A program made the translations under genes and the position numbers. A stretch of 64,000 nucleotides of DNA from Megasphaera sp. (GTDB lineage: Bacteria; Bacillota; Negativicutes; Veillonellales; Megasphaeraceae): assembly GCA_022641375.1 (NCBI GenBank), contig JALCDF010000003.1:363-64362 (forward strand), read 5' to 3'. The notes beneath the pieces are model-generated. The model saw nothing but the letters and a program-made list of their open reading frames with translations, made no database searches and was not told the DNA's origin. Positions 43,751 through 54,473 of the stretch are shown here, in pieces (position 1 is the stretch's first letter; each line of letters begins with the position of its first letter).

Positions 43751-44572
43751 TTATTCTTTGTAGAGCTCTTTATTTCTCTTGACGATTTCTAAAACCAGAT
43801 TAGCTGTTTCTTCAATTGCTTTAGACGATACGTCAACAATGGGACAATGAAGCCGGCGCATAACACCACGAGCATATGTCAATTCTTCGTTGATGCGTTC
43901 AATATTGGCATAACTCGCATTGGAATCCAATCCCATACTGCGAAGACGTTCCGACCGGATAAAGTTCAATTTAAACGGATCAATGATCAGGCCGACGATT
44001 TTACGAGCCGGTACCTGAAATAATTCCGGCGGCAGGGGTACTTCCGGTACCAAAGGCAAATTAGCCGCTTTGACTCGTTTATGAGCCAGATACATAGATA
44101 ATGGCGTTTTCGATGTCCGGGATACGCCGACAATGACAATGTCTGCCTGAAGAAATCCCATGGGGTTTTTACCATCATCAAATTTAACGGCAAATTCAAT
44201 AGCCTCTACCCGTTTGAAATAATCTTCATCAAGCTGGTGGATCATACCGGCTTTCATGGTAGGATCCGTTGATGTCAGGTTCCCGATACCTTCCAGCATG
44301 GGCCCGATAATATCTACTACAACCACATCGGTATCAGCCGTCAAATCTTTTAACTTCCGCCGTAATACCGGTGAAATAATGGTGTAACAAATCATCGATT
44401 GATTTTCTCTTGCTTTTTTTACTATATCTTCAATTTGTTGCTCCGACCGGATATAGGGGATGCGGACGATATTGAACTTTTCCTTATCGTACTGGCTGGC
44501 TGCGGCACGAGCTACGCGTTCAGCCGTCTCACCGAGAGAATCGGAGCAGGCATAAATAATAGGTATTGACAC
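43751..44572 (-). CDS. PEP synthase / PPDK regulatory kinase-pyrophosphorylase (DUF299, YqfL-like)
   Basis: SDSLGETAE, YFKRVEAIEFAVKFDDG, GVSRTSKTP, AIEETA. Confidence 0.95.
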   Translation of the reverse strand: MSIPIIYACSDSLGETAERVARAAASQYDKEKFNIVRIPYIRSEQQIEDIVKKARENQSMICYTIISPVLRRKLKDLTADTDVVVVDIIGPMLEGIGNLTSTDPTMKAGMIHQLDEDYFKRVEAIEFAVKFDDGKNPMGFLQADIVIVGVSRTSKTPLSMYLAHKRVKAANLPLVPEVPLPPELFQVPARKIVGLIIDPFKLNFIRSERLRSMGLDSNASYANIERINEELTYARGVMRRLHCPIVDVSSKAIEETANLVLEIVKRNKELYKE

Positions 44573-44573
44573 G

Positions 44574-45215
44574 TTATGTTCTCCTTCCTAATCCACATTC
44601 TACAAATAAGCGTGTAATATTTGTCTTAGAAATCCTGCCAACAATCTGTAACTCTTTTCGATCTTCTTCCTCTGTATCTAACAGATTTACAACAGGCAGG
44701 CAATCCACTTCATATTCTATCATACGTTGTGCTGCTACAAGAGCCTTTTCATCTGGCCTGACATATATCAATTTACTTGCCGGAGTCATCACCATACGGA
44801 CAGGCAATGCCCGTAAATCATTATGTCCCATCGCTGTCTTCAGCAAATCCTTACGGGATACTACACCAGCCATGATATTATTGGTACCAACAAATACAGT
44901 ACCTACATCTTCTGTAAACATGGCAATGATTGCATCATATGCACTAGTGTGTTCTCCTACAATGACCGGCTGTGACAAACATGATTCTATGCTGATATCG
45001 GTAATAGCCCGCAACAGTACATCTTTTTCTTTATGTCCTGTATAAAAATACCCCAGTTTGGGTCGGGCATCAATGAGTTCCAACATTGTCAAAATAGCTA
45101 AATCCGACCTCAACGCCGCCCGGGTCACATGCAGCCGGTCCGCAATATGCTGACCGGTTATGGGACTATTTTCTCTTACGATCCGTAAAATTGTTTCCTG
45201 CCGTTCGGATAACAT
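44574..45215 (-). CDS. ccpN: CcpN-like HTH-CBS transcriptional repressor
   Basis: PITGQHIA...RAALRSDLAILTM...ARPKLGY, CBS pair, GRISKTNI; coupled to the DUF299 gene. Confidence 0.88.
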   Translation of the reverse strand: MLSERQETILRIVRENSPITGQHIADRLHVTRAALRSDLAILTMLELIDARPKLGYFYTGHKEKDVLLRAITDISIESCLSQPVIVGEHTSAYDAIIAMFTEDVGTVFVGTNNIMAGVVSRKDLLKTAMGHNDLRALPVRMVMTPASKLIYVRPDEKALVAAQRMIEYEVDCLPVVNLLDTEEEDRKELQIVGRISKTNITRLFVECGLGRRT

Positions 45216-45336
45216 ATGTTTTCACCTCCCAGCGTTTTCCTAATGTCGTCTTATATAATAATATCATTATATCACCCATAATAAAAGGCGGCCAAAAATA
45301 ACTGCTATATTTTTGACCGCCCTCCTTATTTATTAT

Positions 45337-47736
45337 TTACCATGTATAATCTTCCGTATCTGCACGGCCTTTTCCTGTAAGAGAATCCATTAAGATGCGC
45401 TGTTCGATTTGTGCTACATTTTTACGTGTAGCTACGACTGCATCAGGATTAACGGATACAGAATCAATGCCACTCTTGATAAGGAATTCGGTGAAATCCG
45501 GATATACGCTCGGAGCCTGACCGCAAATAGAAACGGTCTTGCCATCTTTATGAGCAACGGCGATTAAATGACGAATAGCTCTCTTCACTGCCAGATTACG
45601 TTCATCAAACAATGGTGCTACTGTATCATTATCACGGTCACAACCCATGATCAGCATCGTCAAATCATTAGAACCAATGGAATATCCATCGACGAATTGA
45701 TTGAACTGATCTGCTAAAATAATATTGGACGGAATTTCTGCCATCAGCCATACCTTGAAGTCCGGACTGCGATGCAATCCTTCGTTGGCCATAATGCCTA
45801 CAATCTTTTGCATTTCGTCAACACGGCGGCAGAATGGAATCATTACATTGAGGTTTTTAAAACCATATTCTTCACGAACTTTTTGTACTGCCTTGATTTC
45901 CAGTTTGAACGCTTCCATATATTTAGGATCATAATACCGGGAAGCACCCCGCCATCCCAGAAGTGCGCTGCTTTCCTGCGGTTCGTATTTATCGCCGCCT
46001 TTAAGGTTGCGGTATTCACTGGATTTAAAATCACTGAACCGTAAGGTAACCGGACGCGGAGCCAACGCCTGGCATACTTTACGCATGCCATCGGCAAGCT
46101 GGTCTACGACCCGTTCCGGATGGCCTATTTCAATCAAATACAGCGGATGTTCATGAATGAATGTCGTCCAGATAAATTCTTCACGCATAAGGCCGATGCC
46201 ATCACACGGAAGTTTACCATATTTTTCAGCCAGATCCGGATTACCCAGATTCATATAAATCTTAGTACCCGTAATCGGAGCCGCTTCTGCCGCTACGACT
46301 GTCGCACCTGCCGCTGCCGGCGCTGCTGGTTTGACAATATCTTCTACGATTCCTTCATATACGATACCATTGGTCGCATCAACGGTGATTTCCATACCAT
46401 CCGTAATCGTCGTCGTCGCTTCTGTACTACGGCTCTTCGTCCCAACGATACAAGGAATACCGAGTTCACGGCTGACGATAGATGCATGACACGTCATACC
46501 ACCGGCATCGGTTACAATCGCTTTGGCTTTCTTCATCGCCGGTACCCAGTCAGGTGCCGTCATCGTCGTCACCAGGATTTCCCCATCATTGAATTCTTCA
46601 ATTCTGCTGGGATCCAGGATAATATGTGCCTTGCCGGCTGCATGACCCGGACTTGCCGGCAGCCCTTTAACAACAATTTTACGGTCGGTTGTAACAGCCT
46701 TGCCCAGGGTATCCGCCGAATCGGAAGATTTCTTTTCTTTATTCTTTCTGGACCAAACCGTTTCAGGCCGGGCCTGGAGGAGCCAAATCTTATCTGTCCG
46801 TTCGTCAACGCCCCATTCCATATCCATGTAACAGCCATAATGCTTTTCAATCGCTTTCGCATAGGACGCCAGTTCTTTGACCTGTTCATCCGATATGACC
46901 TGTTTTTTTTGATCATCTACAGGTACCAGCTGTTCTTCACAATCTCCACCGGGTTTACGAACCAGTTTTACCGGTTTGGTATTGATCATTTTAGAAATAA
47001 TAGACAAATCATCTTTCTTTACTTTGAAGTTATCCGGTGTAACAGTTCCCTGTACGACATATTCGCCAAGACCCCAGGCACCTTCAATCGTAATCGTCGA
47101 ATCATCGCCGGTTACCAGATCAACGGTAAACATGACACCTGCTGCCTTAGAAAATACCATCATCTGTACTGCCGCACTCAGGGCAACCTGCAGATGATCG
47201 AATCCCTTTTTCGTACGATAGTATGTTGCCCGGTCCGTAAAGGTCGACGCATAACATTCCTTGACTTTTTGAATGACCATATCCGGTCCCTGGACATTCA
47301 AATATGTATCCTGCTGGCCGGCGAAGCTGGCATCGGGAAGGTCTTCCGCCGTAGCGCTGGAACGCACGGCAACAAACGGATTATCTTCGCCTACTTTTTT
47401 ACCTAATTCAATATAGCCCTGACGAATCGCATCGGCCAAATCCTTTGGCATGTCAACACTGCAAATCGCTTCACGAATGGCCGCTGTTACATTGCGCAAT
47501 TGAACCGGATCTTCCACATCCGTCAAGCCTTTCAGCAATTCCTTGATTTTTAAATCCATGCCCGTTTCATGCATAAAATGGCGATACCCTTCGGCTGTCG
47601 TAGCAAAACCATACGGAACCGGTACATCCGTCTTTGAAGTCAGTTCCCCCAAAGAAGAGGACTTGCCGCCGACGAGAGCTACATCTGCCCGGCGTAATTC
47701 ATCAAACCATAATACATATGCTTTATTTCTGTCCAT
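45337..47736 (-). CDS. ppsA: Phosphoenolpyruvate synthase (pyruvate, water dikinase)
   Basis: VAVRSSATAEDLPDASFAGQQDT, QARPETV, GGMTCHASIVSRE phospho-His, SIGSNDLT, SICGQAPS. Confidence 0.96.
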   Translation of the reverse strand: MDRNKAYVLWFDELRRADVALVGGKSSSLGELTSKTDVPVPYGFATTAEGYRHFMHETGMDLKIKELLKGLTDVEDPVQLRNVTAAIREAICSVDMPKDLADAIRQGYIELGKKVGEDNPFVAVRSSATAEDLPDASFAGQQDTYLNVQGPDMVIQKVKECYASTFTDRATYYRTKKGFDHLQVALSAAVQMMVFSKAAGVMFTVDLVTGDDSTITIEGAWGLGEYVVQGTVTPDNFKVKKDDLSIISKMINTKPVKLVRKPGGDCEEQLVPVDDQKKQVISDEQVKELASYAKAIEKHYGCYMDMEWGVDERTDKIWLLQARPETVWSRKNKEKKSSDSADTLGKAVTTDRKIVVKGLPASPGHAAGKAHIILDPSRIEEFNDGEILVTTMTAPDWVPAMKKAKAIVTDAGGMTCHASIVSRELGIPCIVGTKSRSTEATTTITDGMEITVDATNGIVYEGIVEDIVKPAAPAAAGATVVAAEAAPITGTKIYMNLGNPDLAEKYGKLPCDGIGLMREEFIWTTFIHEHPLYLIEIGHPERVVDQLADGMRKVCQALAPRPVTLRFSDFKSSEYRNLKGGDKYEPQESSALLGWRGASRYYDPKYMEAFKLEIKAVQKVREEYGFKNLNVMIPFCRRVDEMQKIVGIMANEGLHRSPDFKVWLMAEIPSNIILADQFNQFVDGYSIGSNDLTMLIMGCDRDNDTVAPLFDERNLAVKRAIRHLIAVAHKDGKTVSICGQAPSVYPDFTEFLIKSGIDSVSVNPDAVVATRKNVAQIEQRILMDSLTGKGRADTEDYTW

Positions 47737-47797
47737 TATTCTTACCTCCTATGCCAGCACAATAATCATGTATGCTAATAATCTTTTTTACAAAATT

Positions 47798-47826
47798 ATA
47801 GTACTCTATTTGTGTTATGTTGTCAA
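47798..47826 (-). promoter_or_regulatory. Promoter of ppsA
   Basis: Minus strand TTGACA-17 nt-TACTAT. Confidence 0.6.
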
Positions 47827-48069
47827 TGGATTTATTCATTTTGTTATATTACTTTTAGATATAATGTATACTGATTGTATGATTTTTGGTTTATGTATTG
47901 TGTGAATGTATCCTTGTGATATACATATTGTAATATTGTCTCTCCACTATGCAACTGTGGGTGAAAAACGGTCGGTTCATATGATATTACCATTAGATGT
48001 GCTATAATAAGAAAATATAAAGTTTATTTTCTATTACTACTTAAAAAACTATGCAATACAGGAGGATAT

Positions 48070-50097
48070 ATGTATACACCGAGACGCAGAGCTAAACATG
48101 CTAAAAAGAAAGGACCGCTTCACCGCATCCGTATCTTACTCGCATCAGTTTTAGTCATCATTGCCGGGCTCAGCTTTGGCTACATCTTCGCTGCCTACCA
48201 GAGCCTGCCGGCCGTAGGCAACAATATGAGGCCTTCCGTGTCATCTCAGGTATTTGACATCCACGGCCGTCTCATCACGACACTTCATTCCGATCAGAAT
48301 CGTCTGCCTATTGATATTAACAAAGTACCTCAAAATTTACAGGATGCTTTCATTGCTGCCGAAGATAATCGTTTTTATGACCACATCGGTATCGATCCTA
48401 TCGGCATCGTCCGTGCCGTGGTGGCTAACCTGACGAACCGCGGCATCTCACAAGGCGGCAGTACCATTACGCAACAGCTTGCCAAAAATGCCTTCCTGTC
48501 CCAGGAACAAACATTAAAACGGAAAATACAGGAAGCCATGCTGGCGTTAGAAATCGAACGAAAATACAGTAAAAAAGAAATTTTGGAAATGTATATGAAT
48601 CAGATTTATTTTGGCCAGGGAGCCTATGGTATCCAGACCGCAGCCAAAACATATTTCGATAAAGACGTAGATAAATTAAATGTCGCCCAATGTGCCATGC
48701 TGGCAGGATTACCGAAAAGCCCGAATTATTATTCGCCGTTTAATAATCCTAACGAAGCCGGCAATCGTAAAAACACTGTATTGGATCAAATGGTTAAATA
48801 TGGTTATATTACAGCTGCAGAAGGAGAACAAGCAAAGAAAGAAGATTTGGGCCTGACCAAGAAAAAAGCAACCACAGAAAACGAAGAAACTTCTTCATTT
48901 ATCGATTATGTCTCCTCACAAGTTGCTAAAAAGTATGGGGACGATGCCTTATACAAGGAAGGCCTGAAGATTTATACGACGATGGATGCCGAAAAACAGC
49001 ATGAAGCCATTCGTGCATTGCGGCGCCTGCCGGATAATTACACGGATGAAAAGGGACTGACCCAGCCTCAGGGTGCCCTGGTATCCATTGATCCTAAGAA
49101 TGGTCATATTCTGGCTATGGTCGGCGGCCGCGGCCAGGATAGCTTCAACCGTGCATATCAGGCCGTACGTCAACCTGGCTCGGCATTCAAACCATTCGTT
49201 TATGTTACTGCCCTGCAACACGACATGTCTCCCAGCACGACCTTTGAAGACAAACCCATTACCTACGGCGGCTGGAGTCCAAAGAACTCAGGCAACAGCT
49301 ATCGCGGTACGATGTCCATGAGTGATGCGCTGGCTTTATCCGTCAATACAGTTGCAGTTCAGGCAGCTGATAAAGTAGGAACTAAAAATATCATCGCTAA
49401 TGCTAAAAAGATGGGAATTACAACCCTGGATGACTCAAAAGACCAAAATCTCGCCATGGCCCTCGGCGGCCTTACCAGAGGTGTATCACCTTTAGAAATG
49501 GCCAGCGCTTATGGCACGTTCGCTAACAAGGGAGTCCACGTAAAGCCAACAGCTATCGTTAAGATACTGGATCGTAACGGCAACACCCTGGAAGATGAAG
49601 CTACCATGAAAGGATCTAAAAATGAAACACGGGTCATCTCCGAAAAAGAAGCCTATGAAATGACTTCCATGCTTGAAGGCGTCATTGACCACGGGACTGG
49701 TACAGCCGCTTCTATCGGCCGTCCGGCTGCCGGCAAAACCGGTACTACTGATGATAACAAGGATGCCTGGTTCGTCGGTTATACCCCGGATATAGTCACT
49801 GCGGTCTGGATCGGTGATGACTCCGGTTCGCACAGCCTCGGCGAAGTATATGGCGGTACGATCCCGGCTGAAATCTGGCATGATTATATGGTTTCAGCAA
49901 CAGAGGATGAATCCTCTGCCGATTTCAATGTTCCCAGTGGAATGGAACGGATAAAAGAATCTTCCCACGAAGAAAAAACTTCCAAGACCACGGAAAAGAA
50001 ATCTACAGCTACAACAGACAAGTCAGCAACTAAGCAAAAGACTGGTTCTACTCAGCAAAACAAACAGCAGGCCGGCAGGAATAATAAAGAACAATGA
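48070..50097 (+). CDS. Class A penicillin-binding protein (PBP1A family)
   Basis: EDNRFYDH, GGSTITQQL, RKIQE transglycosylase; SAFK, SVN, KTG transpeptidase motifs. Confidence 0.96.
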   Translation: MYTPRRRAKHAKKKGPLHRIRILLASVLVIIAGLSFGYIFAAYQSLPAVGNNMRPSVSSQVFDIHGRLITTLHSDQNRLPIDINKVPQNLQDAFIAAEDNRFYDHIGIDPIGIVRAVVANLTNRGISQGGSTITQQLAKNAFLSQEQTLKRKIQEAMLALEIERKYSKKEILEMYMNQIYFGQGAYGIQTAAKTYFDKDVDKLNVAQCAMLAGLPKSPNYYSPFNNPNEAGNRKNTVLDQMVKYGYITAAEGEQAKKEDLGLTKKKATTENEETSSFIDYVSSQVAKKYGDDALYKEGLKIYTTMDAEKQHEAIRALRRLPDNYTDEKGLTQPQGALVSIDPKNGHILAMVGGRGQDSFNRAYQAVRQPGSAFKPFVYVTALQHDMSPSTTFEDKPITYGGWSPKNSGNSYRGTMSMSDALALSVNTVAVQAADKVGTKNIIANAKKMGITTLDDSKDQNLAMALGGLTRGVSPLEMASAYGTFANKGVHVKPTAIVKILDRNGNTLEDEATMKGSKNETRVISEKEAYEMTSMLEGVIDHGTGTAASIGRPAAGKTGTTDDNKDAWFVGYTPDIVTAVWIGDDSGSHSLGEVYGGTIPAEIWHDYMVSATEDESSADFNVPSGMERIKESSHEEKTSKTTEKKSTATTDKSATKQKTGSTQQNKQQAGRNNKEQ

Positions 50098-50104
50098 TAG
50101 TTGC

Positions 50105-50146
50105 AAAAATGCCGCTAACGTATCGATATGCGTTAGCGGCATTTTT
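50105..50146. terminator. Bidirectional terminator
   Basis: AAAAATGCCGCTAACG/CGTTAGCGGCATTTTT. Confidence 0.85.
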
Positions 50147-50167
50147 ATTTTCACAAAACAATTCTTT

Positions 50168-51325
50168 CTATTTTTTTAGTACTTTATGAATCACCGTGCT
50201 GGCAGCCATGATAATAACGATGACCGGAAATGTAATTCCCAACGGGGTATCCACGTTGAGCAAGATACGATACAAGATAAATCCTATCACCCAGAGAATC
50301 ATATTGATTCCATTTACCGATTCACTGCTATGGTCTCGATGCAGGACGAAATAATCCGAAATTAATATGGCCGTCATCGGTGCAAAGACAGATCCTATGA
50401 GGTAGAGAAAATCTTGAAATTGATCCGCCGCCGCAAACACTGCCAGCAGGACACCTAAAACAGTAGCAACAAGTGCCAATATCTTTTCCGATACCTGCGG
50501 AAAAATACTTCTACCGCTTACCCCAGCCGAGAAAGCATCCAGGAATGTCGTCGTAACCGTCGATAATAAAACGACAAGAATACCTGCAATCCCCATACCG
50601 GCTCCCAACATGATCGCGGCGATGTCGTCCTGCCCGGTAAGCAGGGCAGCGCCCATGCCGATAAGAAACATCCACGAACTGGCAATGAAATACGTCGTAC
50701 AACTTACGGCTGTAGCCCGGCCCGGATTTTCTGCCGTGCGGGTGTAATCCGAAATAATAGGAAGCCATGATAATGGCATGGCAACTGCCAATTCAACACC
50801 TCCGCCAAACGAAATATCGCCTGCTGCCTGCGGCGTATTGCCCTGAAAGACGACAACACTCAGAATAATCGTCAAAATAAATAATGCTGCAATCACAACA
50901 ATATTTATTTGCCCCAGCTTCTTCAATCCCAGAAGGATCCATAGCGCAATGAGGAGGCCCAGGATAACACTCCATACCGATGTCCCTATCACAACAATCG
51001 TATTCGCAGCCAACGCTGCACTGGCTACCATGACTGCCGTCCAACCGATAAGCTGAATGACATTCAGCCCGGCAAATAACAGCGCTCCCTTCTGACCAAA
51101 GGAGATACGCACTGTTTCCATCGCACTCATCCCGGTCCGGCCGCCAATAAGTCCGGCAAGGAACATGACCGTCCCGCCAATGAGATGACCTATGATAATA
51201 GCCGCAAATCCTTTAATGAACCCCAAAGGCGCCAGCAACATGCCCGTCAGTATTTCTGCAATAGAAATACCCGCTCCAAACCATAGCAGCCCATTTGAAA
51301 ATACCGATGTTTTGTTTTTATCCAT
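50168..51325 (-). CDS. cytX: Putative hydroxymethylpyrimidine transporter CytX (NCS1 family)
   Basis: LLWFGAGISIAEILTG, NVIQLIGWTAVM, AMPLSWLP...DYTR, STVTTTFLD. Confidence 0.8.
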   Translation of the reverse strand: MDKNKTSVFSNGLLWFGAGISIAEILTGMLLAPLGFIKGFAAIIIGHLIGGTVMFLAGLIGGRTGMSAMETVRISFGQKGALLFAGLNVIQLIGWTAVMVASAALAANTIVVIGTSVWSVILGLLIALWILLGLKKLGQINIVVIAALFILTIILSVVVFQGNTPQAAGDISFGGGVELAVAMPLSWLPIISDYTRTAENPGRATAVSCTTYFIASSWMFLIGMGAALLTGQDDIAAIMLGAGMGIAGILVVLLSTVTTTFLDAFSAGVSGRSIFPQVSEKILALVATVLGVLLAVFAAADQFQDFLYLIGSVFAPMTAILISDYFVLHRDHSSESVNGINMILWVIGFILYRILLNVDTPLGITFPVIVIIMAASTVIHKVLKK

Positions 51326-51427
51326 TATATATAAATACCTTCCCTTCCTGTGATATACTGCTACAGTGTAGTATATCACAGGTCGGTCTGAAATTATAGT
51401 AACCCCGGCTGGAAGAGCTCCCTGTCA

Positions 51428-53074
51428 TTATTTACAAATACGGTCCGCCCAGGCAAACAATTCATCCAAATCGTAATCACCGCCATGTCCCTGCCCCCAG
51501 GGTGATGAAAAATCAACATCGTATCCTGCATTCTGCAGTTTCAAGGCCAATACGGCCGGCACGGATATAACTGTATCCCGGTCCTTCGCTCCATGACGAA
51601 TGCGCCAATGTTTTGCTACGGTTGCCCGACCATTACCGATATAATTCAATGGATTCATCTCTCTGACGATGTTTTTATCGGCTATCCTGCTCTTTTTTAC
51701 TGTTGAATATTTCTGACTGTATTTCGTGAAATGTTGCTTATCCATCGCCGCCGTACCAAATTCCTGGTTTTCAGCCCCGCTCAAATCAAAGGCATCAAAA
51801 GCCGGTACTGCCTTAAGACGGGTCACATAGGAAGCGTATTTTTCCATATCCATGGCCGTGACCGTGCCATCACGAATCGTCAGCCAATCCATTGCTGACA
51901 GGTCCATCCCATCATCCAGTGCTTTTTGTGCAGAAGCTATATATATCGATTGGATATAGTCCTTAAATGTACCGTTTCCTTCTTTATCAAGGGTCAATAG
52001 TACCCCTTTGGCATCTTTCAAATCCAGGCTGTTAATATATGCTGCATAACTGCTTTTTAATGTTTGCGAAGCCGTTATTTGTGCTGCTGTCAGGGACTGC
52101 GCCTGAGCCGATTCTCCCGGTGCATTATCCGGTCGCCCCGGCTGTTGTATAATTACCGGTCCCGGTCCCAACGGGATAATCTTGCCATGACCGCCTCTGA
52201 TGAACGCCGGCATCAAAGCCCCTCCCCGGCTGCTTTGGTGATATTCATGAACACCGTTGAAGACCCATTCATAGGCCATATCGGCATGATCCAGATCGGT
52301 AATGGGGCAATAGACACTGGATGCAAAAATATCATCTCGTTCGTCAGCTGCGCCGAGAGCCTGTAAATACGGTTCATAGTCCATGCTGTCTCCGGTAGCT
52401 CCCATAAGCGCTGACAAAGCTCCGCCGGCACTGGTTCCGTCAGAAATTATTTTTTCTGTATCACCGGGAATGCTTCCTTTATTATGACGTATATAACGGA
52501 CAGCCGCTTTCATATCGACTATACAGGCAGGCGCCTTCCCGATATAGTTTCCCTTAGCATCCGCTGTCGTACGCCCTCTGGCACCAGGAGCGGCAACTAC
52601 ATGCCCTCTGGCTAATGCAATCAGGATAGCATTGGGGTCTCCCATCATGCGATCCTGTTCCGAAGGAGTGCCTGCCTGCGCCGGCATATATCCTCCTACT
52701 GTATTAGGCATGAAAATCGGAGCTGTCCAGGCCGTATATCCGTTAATCGTCTGCCCTTCATAATACTCTTCAGGAACATATATATTCATCGATTGACAAT
52801 CTTTATTCACCGGTTTTGCTACATACACCCGATCGGTATACGCACGAAAAACAACGGCATGACCATCGACATGCATGGTCTGCTTATCATACCGGCTGGT
52901 ATCTATATCAAGAGTCCCTGCCTGCGCCGCCGGTTTAGAAGTTTGTACAGCTGATGCCGAATCATGAATATCCCGTCCTGGCATTCCGCTATCCGACGAA
53001 GCAAATGCAGTCGTGCCGCAAAATAATAGTGTCGCTAAAACGGCAGCGGATACCTTCTTTAATTCTTTTTCCAT
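51428..53074 (-). CDS. Secreted bacterial tannase-like alpha/beta hydrolase
   Basis: Signal peptide; PNTVGGY, APACIVDMKAAVRY, GTSAGG nucleophile, YCPI, WRIRHG, HGGDYD. Confidence 0.8.
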   Translation of the reverse strand: MEKELKKVSAAVLATLLFCGTTAFASSDSGMPGRDIHDSASAVQTSKPAAQAGTLDIDTSRYDKQTMHVDGHAVVFRAYTDRVYVAKPVNKDCQSMNIYVPEEYYEGQTINGYTAWTAPIFMPNTVGGYMPAQAGTPSEQDRMMGDPNAILIALARGHVVAAPGARGRTTADAKGNYIGKAPACIVDMKAAVRYIRHNKGSIPGDTEKIISDGTSAGGALSALMGATGDSMDYEPYLQALGAADERDDIFASSVYCPITDLDHADMAYEWVFNGVHEYHQSSRGGALMPAFIRGGHGKIIPLGPGPVIIQQPGRPDNAPGESAQAQSLTAAQITASQTLKSSYAAYINSLDLKDAKGVLLTLDKEGNGTFKDYIQSIYIASAQKALDDGMDLSAMDWLTIRDGTVTAMDMEKYASYVTRLKAVPAFDAFDLSGAENQEFGTAAMDKQHFTKYSQKYSTVKKSRIADKNIVREMNPLNYIGNGRATVAKHWRIRHGAKDRDTVISVPAVLALKLQNAGYDVDFSSPWGQGHGGDYDLDELFAWADRICK

Positions 53075-53299
53075 ATATATTCTCCTTTCTCTGACTTAAA
53101 ATTGAATGTACTTTATTGTACCACAAATTCCGAAACACAGACAAAGCTCCTTGTTTATAGCAGTATATTGTGCTCTTTGTCACAATTCCGTATAACATCC
53201 ACCATGTAATCTTTCCATGCCTTTCGTCTCCTCCTGTTCTATGCTATACTTGCATATATAATCATAATTTATATTACAATACTATACAGGGTGATAAAT

Positions 53300-54454
53300 A
53301 TGAAAATAAACAACAAAGTAAAACTAGCCATTGTTGTCGTCCTTCTTGCTGCCTGCTCCGCCGGCGGCTACCAATATTATCAGACACAACAAACCGCTAA
53401 ACAGGCCGCCGCTATTGAAACTGCTGATGTACAACGCATGAATTTAAAATCAACAGTTTCAGCAACAGGGACAATCAATCCCGTTGATTCCGTCGAAGTT
53501 TCACCGAAAATTACCGCTCGTATTACTTCGATCCTCGTAAAGGAAAACGATACCGTCTCCTCCGGCCAGACCGTCGCCACACTCGATGGTAAAGATTACG
53601 AGGCTAAGCGGGATCAGGCTCAGTACAAGGTAACTAATACGAAGCAAGATTATGAACGCTACCTTTACCTCTACCAGGTAGGTGCCGGAACAAAACAAGC
53701 ATTAGATACTGCCGAATACAACTATAATACGGCTGTCAGTGCCCTGTCTGAAGCCGAATCGGACGTCAATGAAACCATTATTACGGCCCCCATGTCCGGT
53801 GTCGTTGTCGGTGATCCCAAACCGGTGGGAACCATGGCCGTACAAGGGAACAGCAATCCGACGGTTATCATGCGTATCGCTGATACGTCAACCAAACAAA
53901 TCCAGGCTAAAATTGATGAAACGGATATCGGCCAAATCAAGCTCGGCCAGAATGCCACTTTTACGGTAGATACCTATTCAGGACAAACATTTACAGCCCA
54001 TGTATCGAAGATTTCCCAAACCGATACGTCGAACACCTGGGATACGAACAGCTCCAGCAGCTCGTCCTCTTCGTCTTCTTCCTCTTCATCGTCGGCCAGT
54101 GTCATTTATTATTATGTCACCCTCGACGTAGATGATCCCGATAATGTTCTCCGCCTGGGCATGACCGCCCGGGTCGACATCGAAACAGCCGATGTAAACG
54201 ATGCTCTTGTCGTCCCTATCGCTGCTTTGAAGACGGATGACAATGGCTCTTACGTCCTGCGTGTCAATAGTGCCGGCCAGACGGAACAGGTTGCTGTCAC
54301 CACCGGGATCATGAGTGATGAATACGTCCAAATCCTGAGTGGTCTTGATGCTGGAGACAAGGTATCTATTACGTACAACACTTCTTCCAGCAAATCTTCC
54401 AGCTCGTCATCTTCATCAAGTAAAAATAAACAACAGGGTCCACCGCCAATGTAA
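53300..54454 (+). CDS. Efflux periplasmic adaptor subunit (MacA/YknX-like)
   Basis: N-terminal TM, SATGTI, lipoyl half-motifs, [20 protein letters not shown]. Confidence 0.9.
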   Translation: MKINNKVKLAIVVVLLAACSAGGYQYYQTQQTAKQAAAIETADVQRMNLKSTVSATGTINPVDSVEVSPKITARITSILVKENDTVSSGQTVATLDGKDYEAKRDQAQYKVTNTKQDYERYLYLYQVGAGTKQALDTAEYNYNTAVSALSEAESDVNETIITAPMSGVVVGDPKPVGTMAVQGNSNPTVIMRIADTSTKQIQAKIDETDIGQIKLGQNATFTVDTYSGQTFTAHVSKISQTDTSNTWDTNSSSSSSSSSSSSSSSASVIYYYVTLDVDDPDNVLRLGMTARVDIETADVNDALVVPIAALKTDDNGSYVLRVNSAGQTEQVAVTTGIMSDEYVQILSGLDAGDKVSITYNTSSSKSSSSSSSSSKNKQQGPPPM

Positions 54455-54473
54455 GGACAAGGGAGGGTCCATC

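Noticed and set aside
46120-47406. Long antisense ORFs (428 aa opposite ppsA; also 342 aa opposite rnfC, 288 aa opposite rnfB, 279 aa opposite guaB)
   Set aside because: Shadow frames of conserved, codon-biased genes; no motifs or RBS
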